Positions 9,518 through 19,100 of a stretch of DNA of 64,000 nucleotides are shown here, piece after piece. Below the pieces are notes generated by a model. The model ran no database searches and was not told where the DNA came from. It was given only the letters and a program-made list of their open reading frames with translations. Source of the DNA: an uncultured Tenacibaculum sp. GTDB taxonomy: Bacteria > Bacteroidota > Bacteroidia > Flavobacteriales > Flavobacteriaceae. The DNA lies in assembly GCF_947499065.1 (NCBI RefSeq), contig NZ_CANMMT010000002.1, positions 59,313 to 123,312 on the forward strand, given 5' to 3'. The first letter of the stretch is position 1, and each line of letters begins with the position of its first letter. The position numbers and the translations under genes are program-made.

Positions 9518-10087
9518 ATTTTCAGAATAAAAGTATAAAACCAGCATGGTACAATCTTTATCAGATTTGTTGATAGGTACATGAGGATTTCTTCCATCAA
9601 AATATAGAGAGTCTCCTTCGGAAACTAATACTTCTTCATTATTTATTAAATAGGTACATTTACCACTAATAATAAATTTAAATTCCCAAGCATCAGTAAC
9701 GACCTTTTCTCTTTTAGAATTTGGTTTGATGTTTAAAATAACAGCTTCAAAACCTATAGCAGATAAACTTTTACTAAATAAATGATGATAGGTAAAACCT
9801 TCTGCCTCTACTTCTTTTTCAATAAGTTGTTGTTGGTCTTTTGAAATGTGAATGTAGTTGGCAGTTTGAGAATTTTCAATCCCTCTAAAAAAAGTACTAG
9901 CATCAATTTTTAAAGCACTAATTAATTCTAACAAAACAGGTAAAGAAGGAATAGTTCTTCCATTTTCTATTCTTGAAATCAAACCATTAGAAACACCTGC
10001 GTTTGAAGCTACATCACTAATGGTTAATTTTTGTTCTTTTCTGATGGTTTTGATACGTTTACCAATACCTATTAAAAAATTATTCAT
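9512..10087 (-). CDS. XRE-family HTH plus cupin transcriptional regulator
   Basis: N-terminal HTH (GVSNGLISRIENGRTIPSL) and C-terminal cupin (EFKFIISG...GDSLYFDGRNPH). Confidence 0.92.
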   Translation of the reverse strand: MNNFLIGIGKRIKTIRKEQKLTISDVASNAGVSNGLISRIENGRTIPSLPVLLELISALKIDASTFFRGIENSQTANYIHISKDQQQLIEKEVEAEGFTYHHLFSKSLSAIGFEAVILNIKPNSKREKVVTDAWEFKFIISGKCTYLINNEEVLVSEGDSLYFDGRNPHVPINKSDKDCTMLVLYFYSENK

Positions 10088-10262
10088 AGAGTAATTTTGA
10101 AAATTAAATGTAAATAAAAACTACGAATATTTAGAGGACTTATCTTAAAAAGTAAAAATACTGTTTTAAGTAAATGAAACTCAAAATCTTTTCAAGAAAG
10201 TTATGTGAATAAAATAATTATAATAAAATCAATAATTTACGCTTTAATAAAAAAAATGGCAC

Positions 10263-10270
10263 TACCTTTG
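10263..10270 (+). promoter_or_regulatory. -7 promoter element of the cold-shock gene
   Basis: TACCTTTG followed by ca. Confidence 0.6.
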
Positions 10271-10322
10271 CAGTACAATAAACGTTGTTAGCACTTAAGC
10301 AAGCAACACATAATTTTTTATA

Positions 10323-10514
10323 ATGAATAAAGGTACTGTAAAATTTTTCAACGAATCAAAAGGATTTGGATTTATCGTTGAAGAAGGAACAAACAAAGAA
10401 CATTTTGTACACGTTTCTGGATTAATTGATGAAATCCGTGAAAACGACGAAGTAGAATTCGAGTTACAAGAAGGAAGAAAAGGATTAAACGCTGTTAACG
10501 TAAGAGTATTATAA
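10323..10514 (+). CDS. Cold-shock protein (CSD)
   Basis: GTVKFFNESKGFGFI and HFVHVS RNP motifs, 63 aa. Confidence 0.96.
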   Translation: MNKGTVKFFNESKGFGFIVEEGTNKEHFVHVSGLIDEIRENDEVEFELQEGRKGLNAVNVRVL

Positions 10515-10546
10515 TATATAGATTACCAGAGTAAACTTTTTAATGA

Positions 10547-10574
10547 GAAAAGCCTATCATAGTTGATAGGCTTT
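10547..10574 (+). terminator. Terminator after the cold-shock gene
   Basis: aaagcctatca-tagt-tgataggcttt followed by a T-rich run. Confidence 0.75.
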
Positions 10575-10601
10575 CTTATTTTTATATTTTAATTGTATCA
10601 A

Positions 10602-10802
10602 ATGAAAGACGGAAGAAATAGAAAAGACATAAAGATTGGGTTAGAAGTTGAGGTTGTTCAAAAAAATCATCAAAGAACTGGAGAGTTAACTGCAGGAATT
10701 GTAGGGAAGATATTAACGAAATCGTCAAATCATGCCCATGGAATTAAAGTGCAATTAGAATCAGGAATTGTAGGTAGAGTTAAAAATATAATCGATAATT
10801 AA
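10602..10802 (+). CDS. YwbE/DUF2196 family small protein
   Basis: VVQKNHQRTGELTAGIVGKILTKSSNHAHGIKVQLESGIVGRVK; ATG at 10602 preferred over TTG at 10593. Confidence 0.85.
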   Translation: MKDGRNRKDIKIGLEVEVVQKNHQRTGELTAGIVGKILTKSSNHAHGIKVQLESGIVGRVKNIIDN

Positions 10803-10809
10803 AACTAAA

Positions 10810-11025
10810 CTATTCTTCTTCGTTAATCTGTTTTAATTTTTTTACACCATCAATTAAAAACCATCCGGCAAATAATATTCTAATAAGTACAAAAATATAC
10901 TTGTTTTCGGTTTTAAAATTTAAAATAACTCGGTAGCTTTCTAAATCTTGAGAAAACCTAGAAAAAGTGTTAACAAGAATAAAAATACCGATAGCTATAT
11001 ATATAATAGGTAATATTTTTTTCAT
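10810..11025 (-). CDS. Small two-helix membrane protein, hypothetical
   Basis: Two hydrophobic segments; start overlaps the upstream stop by 1 nt. Confidence 0.7.
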   Translation of the reverse strand: MKKILPIIYIAIGIFILVNTFSRFSQDLESYRVILNFKTENKYIFVLIRILFAGWFLIDGVKKLKQINEEE

Positions 11026-11927
11026 TATTTAATAGGGATTTTAAGAGTGTATTCTTTACGACTTTTATTATTAAGTTTTGTTTCTCTTAACCATGGATTT
11101 ACCAACTTTAAATCTTTATAAGTCACACCACAAGTCTTAGCAAAACTCGCAATATTTGTTATAGCAGTATCTACTTTAATTTCATAAGTGTCAGGGAAGG
11201 TATAAAGGTCTTCTTTGTCAAATACAAAACCATATTTTTTAGGATTCGACATCACTTCTTTTAAAGCTAAAATTCTAAAAACATATCTACCAGTTTCGGT
11301 ATTTAAAAGTAAGTCGTAATAATCGCTTACTTGTTGTTGCTTCATACGTTGCGATATTCTCCCATTTCCAGCATTGTAAGCTGCTGCTGCAAGTGTCCAA
11401 GAACCTAATTTTTTCTTAGCCTTTTTTAAATATTCGGCAGCAACTCTTGTCGATTTTTCTAAGTTATAACGCTCATCAACATTTCTATTAACTTCCAATC
11501 CATATTCACGTCCAGTTGCTGGCATAAAATGCCAATATCCAGCAGCTCCTTTAGAAGAAGGAATGTTAATTAAAGCACTTTCTGCAACACATAAATATTT
11601 AAAATCGTCAGGTAAACCATATTCTTTAAGCAAGGGTTCTATAATAGGAAAAAACTTGTTAGCTCTTTTTATTAATAATAATCCGTTTGATTGCCAGTAA
11701 GTATTAACAAGTAACTCGCGATCCATTCGCTCTTTAATATCAGCTCTTTCTAAGGGAACACGTTCTCCAGCCAATTCCATGTATTTTGGAACTTTAACAG
11801 CTCTAATTTCATAGCTTTCCGCTACATTTTTAACTTCTGGTTCATTAGATTGACTAATGATATTCGTAAATAACACTCCTACAAAAACGACTGTAGTGAG
11901 TGATAAGAATCGTATTGATTTATTCAT
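11025..11927 (-). CDS. Lytic transglycosylase (SLT/MltD-like)
   Basis: YLCVAES, GAAGYWHF, VDERYNLEKST, AAAAYNAG, ETGRYV motifs. Confidence 0.92.
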   Translation of the reverse strand: MNKSIRFLSLTTVVFVGVLFTNIISQSNEPEVKNVAESYEIRAVKVPKYMELAGERVPLERADIKERMDRELLVNTYWQSNGLLLIKRANKFFPIIEPLLKEYGLPDDFKYLCVAESALINIPSSKGAAGYWHFMPATGREYGLEVNRNVDERYNLEKSTRVAAEYLKKAKKKLGSWTLAAAAYNAGNGRISQRMKQQQVSDYYDLLLNTETGRYVFRILALKEVMSNPKKYGFVFDKEDLYTFPDTYEIKVDTAITNIASFAKTCGVTYKDLKLVNPWLRETKLNNKSRKEYTLKIPIK

Positions 11928-11960
11928 CCTCTTTATTTTTTTGTTGAAGTTACTTTGGTA

Positions 11961-12626
11961 TTAAGCATTCAAAAAGCATTCCTTTTCTAATATTTTAGAA
12001 ATAGTTTTTGCTTTATTCAGAATCATAATATGAGTTCCATTTTCAACCTCAATATAATTTTCTATGTGTTTTACTGGAAATACTTCATCTTTATTTCCAT
12101 GAATATGAATTACATTTTTTAAAGGCTCTTCTTGTTGCCAATGTAATACATTGTAAATAGCCCATTGTAAATAGTCTTTATCTCTTATTGATAAGTATAA
12201 CTTATACAATTCAGCTCTTTTCTTTAAATAATCATTAAAGAAATAATGCTCATAGCTTTCAATATTCGCTATAATATTTGAAGGGAAAAGCTTATAAGCC
12301 CTTGTTAATTGAGCTATTTTTAAGCGTTTGGGTAGTTCTTTGTTGGTTTTTATGCTAGATATAAGAATAACTTTTTTACAGTTAATGAGCTTACTCATTT
12401 CTTGTACCATAACACCTCCAAAAGATACTCCTACTAATATAGGGTTTTTATGTTGAATATTAGCACACATTCTTTGTGCATATTCTTCAATAGTTTCATT
12501 TAGCGATTTTGGTAATATCCAACTTAAATAATGAAGCTCAAAATGTTCGTCTGATAAAGAAAGATACTCAAATATTTTAATGTTTGCGGCTAAACCGGGA
12601 ACAAAATACACATGAGTTTTTGCCAT
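11961..12626 (-). CDS. Alpha/beta hydrolase
   Basis: GVSFGG nucleophile elbow, HIHGNKDEVFP, GTHIM. Confidence 0.88.
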   Translation of the reverse strand: MAKTHVYFVPGLAANIKIFEYLSLSDEHFELHYLSWILPKSLNETIEEYAQRMCANIQHKNPILVGVSFGGVMVQEMSKLINCKKVILISSIKTNKELPKRLKIAQLTRAYKLFPSNIIANIESYEHYFFNDYLKKRAELYKLYLSIRDKDYLQWAIYNVLHWQQEEPLKNVIHIHGNKDEVFPVKHIENYIEVENGTHIMILNKAKTISKILEKECFLNA

Positions 12627-13381
12627 TAGTTAAAGAATTTTTTATCTAGTAAAATACCTTCAATGTATTCGTGTACGTTAATTAATGCATCTGGAATATC
12701 ATTCCACAAACGAATTTTTATTTGTTTTCCTTTATAGGTAATAAAAGTACTAGGTAAATCGGTAATACGCTCATTGTCGTATACGTCTTTAAAGCTATCA
12801 AAATCTCCCTCGTTTAGCATTTTAGTAAGTTTATTAAACTGCTCATTCGAAAGTTTAAATTCATGTTTTCCTTTTTCATTAACATATTGAATACCGTTGT
12901 AAGTTACATTACCATTTTTGTCAATAGATAGTTCATAAACAGGGCAATCGCCAAAACAAGGAGTTTTTCTCATAGATAATAATCTATTTTCATACTCTTC
13001 TTTAATATTGTTTAGGCTAACTGTTTTATTTTTTTCAACAGACTTGAAAGAACCAGATTCTTCTAAACGTTGTATCCAAAAGTCAACTTTATCTTTAGGA
13101 ACAGTAATTAAAGCAATTTTTAAATCCTTTTGATCAAAAATTAAATTGTTCCAAGTAAGTCCGCTATTGTTTACCAATGCTTTCGCATCCTTAACTTTTT
13201 GAGGGTCTTTTAGAACAAGAATTAACTCATTATTAATAATTTCAGGCTTTTTAACTTCTTCTTTTACAACGTTTTCTTTTTCTTCTACGTTACTTTTGTT
13301 ATCCTTTTTTGGAGTGTTACAAGCTAATGCAAAAACTAAAAAAGATAATAGCAGGTATCTCATAATTTTATTTAAAATCAA
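12626..13381 (-). CDS. Lipoprotein with a C-terminal DUF6438-like domain
   Basis: Lipobox ALAC; RKTPCFGDCPVY...ITDLPST. Confidence 0.8.
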   Translation of the reverse strand: MILNKIMRYLLLSFLVFALACNTPKKDNKSNVEEKENVVKEEVKKPEIINNELILVLKDPQKVKDAKALVNNSGLTWNNLIFDQKDLKIALITVPKDKVDFWIQRLEESGSFKSVEKNKTVSLNNIKEEYENRLLSMRKTPCFGDCPVYELSIDKNGNVTYNGIQYVNEKGKHEFKLSNEQFNKLTKMLNEGDFDSFKDVYDNERITDLPSTFITYKGKQIKIRLWNDIPDALINVHEYIEGILLDKKFFN

Positions 13382-13409
13382 TTAATATCATTTATAGCTT
13401 AAAATTAAA

Positions 13410-13712
13410 CTATTTTTTATCATTAAAAATAAATAAATCAAACTTTTTATCAATTAGCCATACGGGAAGCCATATGAATAAAAGGATACAGTTTATAAGA
13501 GTCATTGGAATAGGAGTTCTACGTCGAATAAATACGTCGCATAAAAAGTCTAAGAAATTAGAGTATGATTCGATACCGAAAAAATGTTTAACACTTTTAG
13601 GTTTTATACTTCTAATAATATCAATTCTATTTTTATAGAAAGTAATAATAAAGAAAAGTATTCCTAAGGAAAAAAAGCATTTAAAGAGAAAAGCCCAATT
13701 ATCTAAACTCAT
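13410..13712 (-). CDS. Hypothetical small membrane protein
   Basis: 100-aa ORF starting 5 nt after the mtaB stop; two hydrophobic stretches; no family recognised. Confidence 0.55.
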   Translation of the reverse strand: MSLDNWAFLFKCFFSLGILFFIITFYKNRIDIIRSIKPKSVKHFFGIESYSNFLDFLCDVFIRRRTPIPMTLINCILLFIWLPVWLIDKKFDLFIFNDKK

Positions 13713-13717
13713 TAAGT

Positions 13718-15052
13718 TTAATTAAGAACACTGTTTTCTACAAAATCGAAACGGACAATACCATCTTCATCAATTTTTGTTAGAGTAACTGTATGTAAAG
13801 TATTCACTAACTCAGGGTTCCAAGGAGTTTTTACTTTTACGTAGTTTTCAGTAAAACCATGGATGTATCCTTCTTTATTTTCGCTCTCAAATAATACCGT
13901 TAACGTATTTCCAATTTGAGTTTCATAAAAAGCTCTACGTTTTTTTACAGATAAACCACGTAGCATTTTACTGCGTTTTGCACGAACATTTTTAGGAACA
14001 ACTCCATCCATTTCAACAGCTTCTGTATTAGGCCTTTCAGAATATGTGAAAACGTGTAAATAAGAAATGTCCATTTCGCTTAAATAGTTGTATGTTTCTA
14101 AAAATAATTCATCAGTTTCACCTGGGAAACCAACAATTACATCAACACCAATACAAGCATTTGGCATTACTTCTTTTATTTTTGTAACCCTGTCAGTATA
14201 TACTTTACGTAAGTACCTACGCTTCATTCTCTTTAACAAAGTATCGCTACCAGATTGTAAAGGAATATGGAAATGAGGAACAAAAGTATCTGAGTTTGCA
14301 ACAAAATCTATTGTTTCATCTTTTAATAGATTTGGTTCAATAGATGAAATACGTAAACGATGAATTCCTTCAACAGTATCTAAAGCTTTAACTAATTCTA
14401 AAAAGGTGTGTTCGTGTCTTTTATTACCAAATTCACCTTTACCATAATCACCAATATTAACACCAGTTAAAACAATTTCTTTAATGCCTTTTTCAGAAAT
14501 TTCTTTGGCGTTTTTCATTACGTTTTCTAAAGTATCAGAACGAGAAATACCTCTAGCCAAAGGAATAGTACAATAGGTACATTTATAATCGCATCCATCT
14601 TGCACTTTTAGGAAAGCACGAGTACGATCGCCAATAGAATAGGCACCAACATAAGAATCAGCTTCTTCAATTTCACAAGAATGAACTTCACCAATATCGT
14701 TTTTGGTTAAGTCATTTATATAACTAGTAACATTAAACTTTTCAGTAGCACCTAATACTAAATCAACACCATCAACAGCAGCTAATTCTTCAGGTTTCAA
14801 TTGTGCATAACATCCAACACCAATAACAAAAGCATTGTCGTTTTTCTTTAAGGCAGATTTTACAATACTTTTAAAACGTTTGTCGGCATTATCGGTTACC
14901 GAACAAGTATTAATTACATACACATCTGCTTTTTCTTCAAATTCAACACGTTCAAAACCTTCATTTACAAAGTTTCTAGCAATGGTAGAAGTCTCCGAAA
15001 AATTTAATTTACAACCTAAAGTGTAAAAAGCTACTCTTTTATCTGCATTCAT
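13718..15052 (-). CDS. mtaB: tRNA t6A37 methylthiotransferase
   Basis: TLGCKLN, INTCSVT, radical-SAM QDGCDYKCTYC, C-terminal TRAM domain. Confidence 0.96.
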   Translation of the reverse strand: MNADKRVAFYTLGCKLNFSETSTIARNFVNEGFERVEFEEKADVYVINTCSVTDNADKRFKSIVKSALKKNDNAFVIGVGCYAQLKPEELAAVDGVDLVLGATEKFNVTSYINDLTKNDIGEVHSCEIEEADSYVGAYSIGDRTRAFLKVQDGCDYKCTYCTIPLARGISRSDTLENVMKNAKEISEKGIKEIVLTGVNIGDYGKGEFGNKRHEHTFLELVKALDTVEGIHRLRISSIEPNLLKDETIDFVANSDTFVPHFHIPLQSGSDTLLKRMKRRYLRKVYTDRVTKIKEVMPNACIGVDVIVGFPGETDELFLETYNYLSEMDISYLHVFTYSERPNTEAVEMDGVVPKNVRAKRSKMLRGLSVKKRRAFYETQIGNTLTVLFESENKEGYIHGFTENYVKVKTPWNPELVNTLHTVTLTKIDEDGIVRFDFVENSVLN

Positions 15053-15181
15053 TCTTTTCTCAATCCTTAATAAAAAATAAAAACCTTGTATAAGTCTTTA
15101 ATTTTTTAGAAGTTCGTATAGTTTATGTTACTAAAACTGTATGTGTTCAGTTTTACAATTTGCAAAAATACGATATTATTC

Positions 15182-15682
15182 ATGATTTTTGAAACCGAAA
15201 GATTAGTCATTAGAAAATTAGAATTATCTGATTTAGAAGGCTTTTTTAAATTAGAAAGTAATCCGTTAGTATTACAATATGCTACAGGGGAGGTCAAAAC
15301 GCTTTCTGAATGCGAAATTGAACTTAAAGACTTGATAAAGAAGTATGATGAAGAAGGAAATGATTTTTGGATTTACACTATTGAACGAAGATCAGACAAA
15401 GAGTTTATAGGAACAGTTGCATTGGTAAAAGATGAAGAAGGAAATGATGAAATAGGATACCGATTTATACAAGAATATTGGGGGAATGGTTATGCTACAG
15501 AGATTTGTGAATCTTTAATTAACTATTGCAAATCAGTAGGAATGAAAAAACTGATAGGTTGTGTGGTAGACGAAAATATTGCTTCAGCTAAAATTTTAAA
15601 ACGATTTAATTTTAAAGAAGTAGAGAAATTTGTTAGTGATGATATTGGTTTACCTGAAACAAAATATGAATTGATATTATGA
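15182..15682 (+). CDS. GNAT acetyltransferase (RimJ/RimL-like)
   Basis: ETERL..R, EIGYRF..EYWGNGYATE, NIASAKIL; ATG at 15182 preferred. Confidence 0.88.
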   Translation: MIFETERLVIRKLELSDLEGFFKLESNPLVLQYATGEVKTLSECEIELKDLIKKYDEEGNDFWIYTIERRSDKEFIGTVALVKDEEGNDEIGYRFIQEYWGNGYATEICESLINYCKSVGMKKLIGCVVDENIASAKILKRFNFKEVEKFVSDDIGLPETKYELIL

Positions 15683-16002
15683 TAGAAGACTTGTTAACTC
15701 CACCTTATTATGCTGTGATTTTTACAACAATTCTAACAAATAATTTAGAAGGTTATAGTGAGATGGCTGAAAGAATGGAGGTTCTTGCAAAACAACAAGA
15801 AGGTTATTTAGGAATTGAGTCGGCTAGAGCAGATATAGGTATAACGGTTTCTTATTGGAAAAGCTTGGAAGCTATTACAGCGTGGAAAAACAATATTGAA
15901 CATACAGAAGCTAGAGAAATAGGAAGAGAAAAATGGTATAAAAAATATCAATTACGAATATGTAAAGTAGAACGAGAATATGGATTTGAAAATAAGGATT
16001 AA
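15679..16002 (+). CDS. Antibiotic biosynthesis monooxygenase (ABM) family protein
   Basis: GYLGIESAR..GITVSYWKSLEAITAWK..H..A. Confidence 0.88.
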   Translation: MIEDLLTPPYYAVIFTTILTNNLEGYSEMAERMEVLAKQQEGYLGIESARADIGITVSYWKSLEAITAWKNNIEHTEAREIGREKWYKKYQLRICKVEREYGFENKD

Positions 16003-16006
16003 TTAG

Positions 16007-16519
16007 ATGTACGCAGCAATATCAAAAATTTTAAAAAAGTTTTTTAAGATGAGTACCATATTCAAATATGGATTTAATATTTCTCCTATGTATCGTAGGT
16101 CAACAGGGAAAGTGTTAAGTGTATCAGATGATTTATTAAGTGTACAAGTAAAAATACCTATAAGTTATAAAAACAGAAATTATGTAGGTTCTATTTTTGG
16201 AGGAAGTTTGTTTTCAGCCACAGATCCAGTATTCATGGTACAATTGATTAATATTCTAGAAGATTCGTATGTGGTTTGGGATAAAAAAGCAGAAATAAAA
16301 TTTAAGCGACCAGCCAAAGAAAATTCGTATGTAGATTTTACTTTTACTGAAGAAGAAATAGCTGAGATAAAAGAAAGAGTAAAAGAAGAAAAAGAAATAG
16401 ATTTAATAAAAGAAATTAAAATAACTAATAAAGATGCTTCAACGGTTTATGCAGAAGTGTCTAAAACTATATACATTGCCGATAAAGACTATTATAAAAA
16501 CAAAAGAAAGAAAAAATAA
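16007..16519 (+). CDS. DUF4442 / hot-dog-fold thioesterase-like protein
   Basis: NRNYVGSIFGGSLFSATDP, VVWDK..IKFKRP. Confidence 0.85.
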   Translation: MYAAISKILKKFFKMSTIFKYGFNISPMYRRSTGKVLSVSDDLLSVQVKIPISYKNRNYVGSIFGGSLFSATDPVFMVQLINILEDSYVVWDKKAEIKFKRPAKENSYVDFTFTEEEIAEIKERVKEEKEIDLIKEIKITNKDASTVYAEVSKTIYIADKDYYKNKRKKK

Positions 16520-18110
16520 CTTTCTTGTTTTAGGATTCTTTTTACTAGCTTTTTACGCTTGTTCAAAAAAAGAAAGTAAGTTTAGCGATCAACAAGTTTT
16601 TCGTTATAACGAACATTCCAATATTACATCATTAGATCCAGCTTTTGCAAAAGATCAACGAAATATTTGGGCGGTCAATCAATTGTATAATGGACTGGTT
16701 GAATTGGATGATAGTTTACATGTAAAACCAGCAATTGCTAAGAGTTGGACAATTTCTGAAGATGGGAAAAACTACGAGTTCACCTTAAGAGATAATGTAT
16801 ATTTTCATAAGCATCAACTATTTGGTGAGGATTCAACGAGAACAGTAAAAGCAAAAGATTTTGAATATTCATTTAATAGACTATTAGATAAAAATGTAGT
16901 TTCTCCAGGAGGTTGGGTATTGCAAAATGTTGATAGTTTTCAAGCAAAAAACGATTCTGTTTTTACCATAAATTTAAAACAACCATTTCCACCATTTTTA
17001 GGTCTATTAGCAATGAAATACTGTTCGGTAGTGCCAAAAGAAGCTGTTGAGTATTTTGGAAATAGGTTTAGAGCCAATCCAATAGGAACTGGACCATTTC
17101 AATTTAAATTATGGGTGGAAAATACCAAGTTGGTATTACGAAAAAATCCGTTGTATTTTGAAAAAGACACACAAGGAAAGCAATTACCGTATTTAGAAGC
17201 TGTAGCTGTTACTTTTTTACCAGATAAGCAGAGTGAATTTTTGCAGTTTATTCAAGGGAATATCGATTTTATGAAGAGTTTAGATGCTTCATATAAAGAT
17301 GATATTTTAAACACAGATGGAACCTTGAAAGAGAAATATGCCGATAAAATAATCATGCAAACGGGTTCTTACTTAAATACAGAATATTTAGGAATTTATT
17401 TAAATGGAGAAAAAAGTTTGCCAACTCAGTCTAAATTAATAAGACAAGCTATTAATTATGGGTTTGATAGAGAAAAAATGATTACCTATTTGAGAAATGG
17501 TATAGGAACTCCTGCTACAAGTGGATTTATACCTAAGGGGTTGCCATCGTTTAATAATCAAGAAGGATATTCATACCAACCACAAAAAGCAAAGGAATTG
17601 GTAGAAGAGTATAAAGCAATAAGGGGAAATAATAATCCACAAATTACCATAACAACCAATAGTAATTATTTAGATTTATGTGAGTTTATCCAAAGAGAAT
17701 TGCAAAAAATAGGTTTAGATACCAAGGTTGATGTAATTCCACCTTCAACATTGCGTCAAGGAAAGGCGAGTGGTAAGTTGCCAATTTTTAGAGCAAGTTG
17801 GATAGCAGATTATCCAGATGCGGAGAATTATGTTTCGTTGTTTTATAGTAAAAATTTTACTCCAAACGGACCAAATTATACGCATTTTAAAAACGAGAAA
17901 TTTGATGAGTTGTATGAACAGTCTATTCAAGAGGTAAATATTGATAAACGCTATCAATTATATCAAAAAATGGATAGTATTATTATAAAAGAAGCTCCAA
18001 TTGTACCTTTATATTATGACGAAGTGATTCGTTTTTCACAGAAAAATGTAAAAGGATTGGGGATTAATCCAATAGATTTATTGAACTTAAAAAAGGTAAG
18101 TAAGCAATAG
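16434..18110 (+). CDS. ABC transporter substrate-binding lipoprotein, family 5 (peptide/nickel type); start uncertain
   Basis: Lipobox FYAC, SLDPA, LYNGLV, GTGPF, WIADYPD; all in-frame ATG/TTG starts lie inside the upstream gene. Confidence 0.88.
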   Translation: MLQRFMQKCLKLYTLPIKTIIKTKERKNNFLVLGFFLLAFYACSKKESKFSDQQVFRYNEHSNITSLDPAFAKDQRNIWAVNQLYNGLVELDDSLHVKPAIAKSWTISEDGKNYEFTLRDNVYFHKHQLFGEDSTRTVKAKDFEYSFNRLLDKNVVSPGGWVLQNVDSFQAKNDSVFTINLKQPFPPFLGLLAMKYCSVVPKEAVEYFGNRFRANPIGTGPFQFKLWVENTKLVLRKNPLYFEKDTQGKQLPYLEAVAVTFLPDKQSEFLQFIQGNIDFMKSLDASYKDDILNTDGTLKEKYADKIIMQTGSYLNTEYLGIYLNGEKSLPTQSKLIRQAINYGFDREKMITYLRNGIGTPATSGFIPKGLPSFNNQEGYSYQPQKAKELVEEYKAIRGNNNPQITITTNSNYLDLCEFIQRELQKIGLDTKVDVIPPSTLRQGKASGKLPIFRASWIADYPDAENYVSLFYSKNFTPNGPNYTHFKNEKFDELYEQSIQEVNIDKRYQLYQKMDSIIIKEAPIVPLYYDEVIRFSQKNVKGLGINPIDLLNLKKVSKQ

Positions 18111-18112
18111 GT

Positions 18113-19081
18113 TTAAAGTTCAAAAGTATCGTAAATTTCACCAATTTTAAAACCTTTACTTTTTACTAGTTTAGCTTCTTTACTGTTAGGGTTTATGACT
18201 GGGTTTGTGTGATTAAAATGAATAAAAATAACCTTGTTTTTTTCAGTTTCATCTAAGTCTTTGAATTTATCAAGACTTTCAATGATAAAAGGGTGAGGAA
18301 TTTGAGTAATATCTCTGTTGTTAATTTCTTTTCCACTATAAAATGTAGCATCTAAAAAGGCATAATCTACCTTTTTAATTTCCTCAATAATATCTTTTTC
18401 CCATTTATTCCACTTATCAATGTCTGGAATAAATAAAGCAGTTTTGTTAGGACCACTTATTTTATAACCAACGGTTTCGGAATATTCATCTCTGTGAGGT
18501 ACTAAAAAAGGAGTAACTTTTAGTTCTTTAGAAAGATGAATTGTTTTATTGTCTTCCATTCCCTTTAGAAGAATATTTTTTCTAGTAACCAATTGACTCC
18601 ATGGGCCATTATTGGTAAGGTATTCTTTCATACGAGGCATTGTATATACAGGAATATTATTAGTATTTGCTGCCTCTTTACCAAGAAACATAAGTCCTGC
18701 GTAATGACCAATATGAGCATGTGTTAAAAATATAGCATCCACAAATTCTTTTTCTTCTCCTGTTTTATAATAAGAAAGTGTTTTTATCTGTCTACCTATA
18801 TCTGGAGTGGCTTCAAATAAGTATGTTTTATTACTAACTTTATCTATAAGACCTAATGAGATTACTTGCCTATCATTATCAGGGGTATTAAAAAGGCTTT
18901 TGCAACAATTTTTGTTACATCCTATTTGCGGAGATCCAGCATCTTGAATTGTTCCAAGAATAACAATAGAGCTGTTTTTAATATTAGTTTTTTTATTTTT
19001 AATATTTACTCTAGTAGATGCATTGTCTTTTTGTGCACATGAAATTAAAATAAGTAAAAATAATAGGCGGTAAATTTTCAT
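18113..19081 (-). CDS. Metallo-beta-lactamase-fold lipoprotein, PqqB-like
   Basis: Lipobox LISC, LGTIQDAGSPQ, THAHIGHY, VPHRDE, HFNHTNP. Confidence 0.85.
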   Translation of the reverse strand: MKIYRLLFLLILISCAQKDNASTRVNIKNKKTNIKNSSIVILGTIQDAGSPQIGCNKNCCKSLFNTPDNDRQVISLGLIDKVSNKTYLFEATPDIGRQIKTLSYYKTGEEKEFVDAIFLTHAHIGHYAGLMFLGKEAANTNNIPVYTMPRMKEYLTNNGPWSQLVTRKNILLKGMEDNKTIHLSKELKVTPFLVPHRDEYSETVGYKISGPNKTALFIPDIDKWNKWEKDIIEEIKKVDYAFLDATFYSGKEINNRDITQIPHPFIIESLDKFKDLDETEKNKVIFIHFNHTNPVINPNSKEAKLVKSKGFKIGEIYDTFEL

Positions 19082-19100
19082 TGTAGAAGTATTAAAGATT

